Positions 1 through 64,000 of a stretch of 64,000 nt of DNA are shown here, piece after piece; position 1 is the stretch's first letter; each line of letters begins with the position of its first letter. Where the stretch lies: positions 9,176,001 to 9,240,000 of the forward strand of contig OZ024759.1 of NCBI GenBank assembly GCA_964016885.1, in the 5' to 3' direction. This DNA comes from Eledone cirrhosa (lineage: Eukaryota). The notes beneath the pieces are model-generated. The model saw nothing but the letters and a program-made list of their open reading frames with translations. It did not search any database and was not told the origin of the DNA. The position numbers and the translations under genes are program-made.

Positions 1-166
1 TTTTCTGTGAATTATTTTTGTGGCAACATTCTTTCAGTACCTTCTACAAATCAATGTTATTGTTGCCATCGTGTTGTAATCAAAATTCACGGTGGCCATT
101 TTCTTTTTCAAAATTACCGCAAAATAACCAAGGGAGATAACTGTGTATATATTTCTGTATGTTTAA

Positions 167-352
167 CCGGTGAATTGGCAGTATCAGTAGAGGGTCGGAC
201 GCCAGGCTTTGACGCATAGAGTTACGGCCCTTGCCATTCTGAGCTCAAATCCTGCCGAGGTTAACTTTGCCTTTCATCCTTAGGTGGTCGATAAAATAAA
301 GTACCAGTAATGTACTGGGTAATTGCTGGCCTTGTGTCAAAAGTAGAAACAA
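167..352 (+). mobile_element. Second SINE family (Meta-domain-like); diverged copies at ~455-600 (+) and ~830-975 (-)
   Basis: Central GCCTTTCATCCT...GTCGATAAAATAAAGTACCAG after a B-box-like motif; superfamily assignment is from memory. Confidence 0.7.
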
Positions 353-1299
353 TTAATTGGAATATTCTTCAAAGTAGATTGTAATAAAAGCTGAATTGCT
401 AAAATGTTTTAATAAAATAGTCTGAATTAAAATATATACATATATATTTAATAAAGGCAGTGAAATGACTTGTTAGGACGTCAGATAGAATGCTTTGCAG
501 TATTCGATCTGGCTATCTTTGCTCTCTCCAGGTTCTGGCTTCAAATCCCATCGAGGTCAACTTTGCCTTTCATCTTTTCGAGGTCGGTAAAAAGAAAAAA
601 AAGTAAATAGAACTAAGGGTAGTTTGGTATCAAAAGGGTTCAACAATCTTCATTGTCATACATGGTATGGACCCTTAACTCCCGAAGGAGTCGTAGAGGT
701 GCCATATTGACATACAGCGTTTCATAAGGTATTTTAAAACCTGGTGGAACCCATCTCCAGGTCTGAATACAGCAGATTTCTTCCAAAGGATAAAGAATGG
801 AAAGCAGGAAGAAATATAGAGGAAGAATCGACCCCAGTACTGGTACTTTTTTTATCAACCCCGAATGGGTGAAAAGCAAAGTTGACCTCGGTGGAATTTG
901 ACCTGAGAGAGAAGAGAGCTGGAATACTGCAAAGCATTCTATCTGACTTTCTAACGATTCTGCCAATTCGCTGCCTCCTTATTGATATTTAAAAAAGAGA
1001 AAAAAGTTCTTAAATATAGAACTTATGAGATTATCAGGTGATAACCAGGCAAAGCTGCCATTGTTAGAGGATGTAATAGATTTGTGGTGTTTGTTCCAGC
1101 TGAGCAGACTAGGAGTTTAAATCCCCCTGAGGTCGATTATATAATTTTCATCACTTTGGTGGGGGAGAGACAAGAGGATTAAATATAATAGAAGTCTAGA
1201 GCAGTGGATTGGTAGAGCATCAGACGAGATGCCCTGTGATATTTTTGTTCCAGTTTTTTGTGTCTTGAGTTCAAATCTCGCTGTAATCTACTTGAGTGG

Positions 1300-1552
1300 T
1301 AGATTTAATGTCACCCAGTTTAACACTACCACCTGGTCCTTGGGTGGTAATCTGTCACCCAATTTAATACCAGCACATGGTCCTTGGTTGGTAGACATAA
1401 TCTGTCCCCCAGTTTAACACCGCCTGGCCCTGGGGTGGTAGACATAATCTGTCACTCAGTTTAACACCACCTGGCCTTGGGGTGGTAGATAATCTGTCAC
1501 CCAGTTTAACACCACCACTTGGCCCTGGGGTGGTAGACTTAATCTGTGACAC
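1300..1552. repeat. Short degenerate ~45-bp minisatellite
   Basis: aatctgtcacccagtttaacaccacctgg... about 5 copies. Confidence 0.8.
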
Positions 1553-1699
1553 AGTTTCCCTAAAGTGTCTTTAGCAGGGTCCACTTCTGTTACAAGTATT
1601 CAGAAATGGTCTCCTATATGTAGAATATCCTTCCATTAGACTTAGAGGCCCTGAAAAGTGCTAGGGTCCCCGTGCTAGTTATCGAGATTGACGAATATA

Positions 1700-1872
1700 G
1701 GGTCCAAGAGGCAATTAAGGAAATAAAAATGGTAAAGCCACTGGACCGTCGGGGATAGTTGCTGAGATGCTGAAGGCATCAGGGGATGTAAGCACTAAAT
1801 TGGTTGCACACATCATCAATCAGGCTATATATGGCGGTGTCATACCCAAAGACTGGTGCAGCAGTATTCTCA
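1700..1872 (+). mobile_element. RTE-like LINE fragment (region just upstream of the RT domain)
   Basis: Frameshifted translation GKATGPSGIVAEMLKASG...IPKDWCSSIL fits the KAxGPxGI..E.LK...IP.DW LINE motif. Confidence 0.7.
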
Positions 1873-1936
1873 GAAATTATGATGAAATGAGAGAAAATAT
1901 GATGAAATAAGCGAAAATATGATGAAATGAGAGGAT

Positions 1937-1973
1937 TTTATTATCAAAACATTCAACTTTTCATGTTTTTATT
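1937..1973 (-). promoter_or_regulatory. Candidate INTS1 polyadenylation signals (AATAAA at 1968-1973 and 1937-1942)
   Basis: Two AATAAA hexamers on the minus strand about 400 nt past the stop codon; usage not verifiable from sequence. Confidence 0.4.
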
Positions 1974-2356
1974 TGTTTTTTATGTTTTTTGTATTATATT
2001 TTATACAGACATTGCTTAATGGAAAGACAGTTTATGTATGTCTGTACACATACACGCACACATACACATATATATACACACATACATGTAAATGTATACA
2101 CACGCACATACATATATATACATTCACACACATACTATCTAACAACCGACGTGTAGTAAATATATTCCACATATTTTAGGGAGTGGCAGGCAAACCCCTA
2201 TCTGTCTCTAATTCTTTGTCGGGTTAGACACATTACCGAGTAATCTCCTGCTTTAATAACAGCAGGGCCCCTAATATGCAACAGCTGACCTCAATTGCTA
2301 TTACTGTGGTCTCCAATTTAATAGCTGAAGGGCCCAAGAGCTGGTTTTAATTGCAG

Positions 2357-62105
<59,749 letters not shown>

Positions 62106-62172
62106 CTGCAACAATGCAAAGTAAAACATGCATTAGAACATCTGCAACTTTCTAAGGAATATATAAAAAATA

Positions 62173-62570
62173 GTTGTTTCTATTTTGGGCACAAGGCCAG
62201 CAATTATCCCAGTACATTACTGGTACTTTATTTTATCGCCCCATAAGGATGAAAGACAAAGTTAACCCCAGCGAGATTTGAACTCAGGTCATAAAGGGAG
62301 GTAACTCTACGCATCAAAGCATGGTGTCAGGTTTTCTACCGAAACTGCCAATCCACCACCCCTAGAATGTAGTATAATAAATGTTTCTACTTTAGGCACA
62401 AGGCCAGCAATTATCCAGTACATTACTGGTACTTTATTTTATCGACCCCGTAAGGATGAAAGACAAAGTTAACCTCAGCGGGATTTGAACTCAGATCATA
62501 AAAGGACGTAACTCTATGCTTCAAAGCATGGCGTCCGACCCTCTACCGATACTGCCAATCCACCGCCTTT
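62173..62570 (-). mobile_element. Two tandem second-family SINE copies
   Basis: ~62173-62362 and ~62382-62570. Confidence 0.8.
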
Positions 62571-62599
62571 ATATAAAATATAAAAAATAATAAAACTAA

Positions 62600-63228
62600 A
62601 AAAATATATATGCATGTATATACACTGTATACATATATATATATATCATCATCATCATCACCGTTTTACGTCCGTTCTTCCACACTAGCATGGGTTAGAC
62701 GGGTTGTCCTGTTGCGGGCAGTGTCTGGTTGGCTGACCTTGTCTTGCTCATATGGGAACTGATTCTGGCTTGACTTCTACAGCTGGATGCCCTTCCTGAC
62801 ACCAACCTCATTTACAGAAAAAATATATATGCATGTATATACACTGTATACATATATATATATATCATCATCATCATCATCATCACCGTTTTACGTCCGT
62901 TCTTCCACGCTAGCATGGGTTAGACGGGTTGTCCTGTTGCGGGCAGTGTCCGGTCGGCTGACCTTGTCTTGCTCATATGGGAACTGATTCTGGCTTGACT
63001 TCTACAGCTGGATGCCCTTCCTGACACCAACCTCATTTACAGTGAGGGCTGGGTGCCTTTTTGCCGTGGCACCTCCAAGACCACTTTGCAGTGGAATGAT
63101 AGGGACCCCAGTCCCTATCATCTCATTTCTACAGCTGAGTAAACTGGAGCAATGTGAAATAAAGTGTCTTGCTCAAGGAAACAACACATCACCCGGTCCG
63201 AGAATTGAACTCACAACCTTTCGATTGC
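62600..63228 (-). mobile_element. CORE-type SINE variant with a tandemly duplicated ~220-bp 3' end
   Basis: 62600-62817 is repeated at 62818-63040; SINE body continues to 63228. Confidence 0.75.
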
Positions 63229-63671
63229 TAGACCCACTAGTTGGACCTGGATAATAGGAAAGTTCCTGTTGTAGTGTGATGTGTGTTCATTGAAGATCTG
63301 CTCATTTGAAGACAACCGTGGTATAGAGAGGGAGATGTTTGTTACCAAATTATTAGTAGTGTTCCTTGGATGGTTGGAATAGTGGTGGATATCTAAAGCC
63401 TGTCTTAAGCCAGAAGTCTCATTTGACCAGTGCTTCGGTGCTTCTCCTGGTTTCATGGCGTGAAGCGACTGAGAGTACAAGACTCCCCCCTGGACAGGAT
63501 GCCAGTCCATTGCCGAGTTAAACCTCCAGCTATTGCTGGTACTCATTTAGCAACAGATACAGTACAGTAGCTAAGGGATGTATATATATTTCTGTGTGTA
63601 TATATATATACATTTCTCTGTGTGTAATATATATATATACACACAGAAATATATATACATTTCTGTGTGTG

Positions 63672-63712
<41 letters not shown>

Positions 63713-63848
63713 AATAAATTAACGGAGGCATAGGCCGTCGTTATTCCCTGGTTCACTGCCCTTAAACACGCTGTGACTTCTCTCTCCCACGTGTAGCTGG
63801 ACAGTCAATTGTAAAATTCTCTTAGTGTTGTCTGAAATGTATGGCCTT

Positions 63849-63929
63849 ACACACGCTGATGAACCGAGACTAGACCATTTCTTTCAACAAATTTTCTGGT
63901 GAAACATATCTCTGGATTTGTACGTGTGT
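63849..63929 (+). ncRNA. Type I hammerhead ribozyme with full stem III
   Basis: ACACACG-CTGATGA-[ACC(G)AGA...TCTGGT]-GAAA-CATATC TCTG GATTTG-TA|CGTGTGT; perfect 7-bp stem I. Confidence 0.87.
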
Positions 63930-64000
63930 TATATAGTTATAGAGGTATTTATTTACGCTTTAATTTATATTTTTAATTATCGTGTCTATAGTCTGCCTTT

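Noticed and set aside
62106-64000. Further upstream INTS1 exon
   Set aside because: Only SINEs, TA repeats and a hammerhead-bearing segment; no open frame with INTS1-like peptide and splice sites.

Overview
This is eukaryotic, AT-rich and extremely repeat-dense DNA. The SINE families and microsatellite style suggest an octopus or other coleoid cephalopod, which is an inference. The only real protein-coding gene is the 3' half of Integrator complex subunit 1 (INTS1) on the minus strand. I traced 22 GT-AG exons by hand from 62105 down to the stop at 2357. They total 3201 nt (1066 aa plus stop), all intron phases are compatible, and the 5' part of the gene lies beyond the window. All long ORFs in the supplied track are read-throughs of minisatellites. 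The introns hold tRNA-derived SINEs, RTE- and CR1-type LINE fragments, piggyBac-like MITEs, a non-autonomous Helitron and over a dozen minisatellites, several of them amplified from pieces of transposons or from an INTS1 exon. The most interesting signal is a set of about a dozen mostly unrelated non-coding foldback elements embedded in (TA)n tracts. They share one layout: inverted arm, spacer, sense arm often carrying a type I hammerhead ribozyme, then a tail opening with a conserved RCTC-stem-loop-NN-GAGY(RCTC) hairpin. They are most likely non-autonomous Penelope-like or retrozyme-like elements. The second highlight is nine tandem copies of an INTS1 exon end, each with a new TAG acceptor, forming potential in-frame 45-nt cassette exons.
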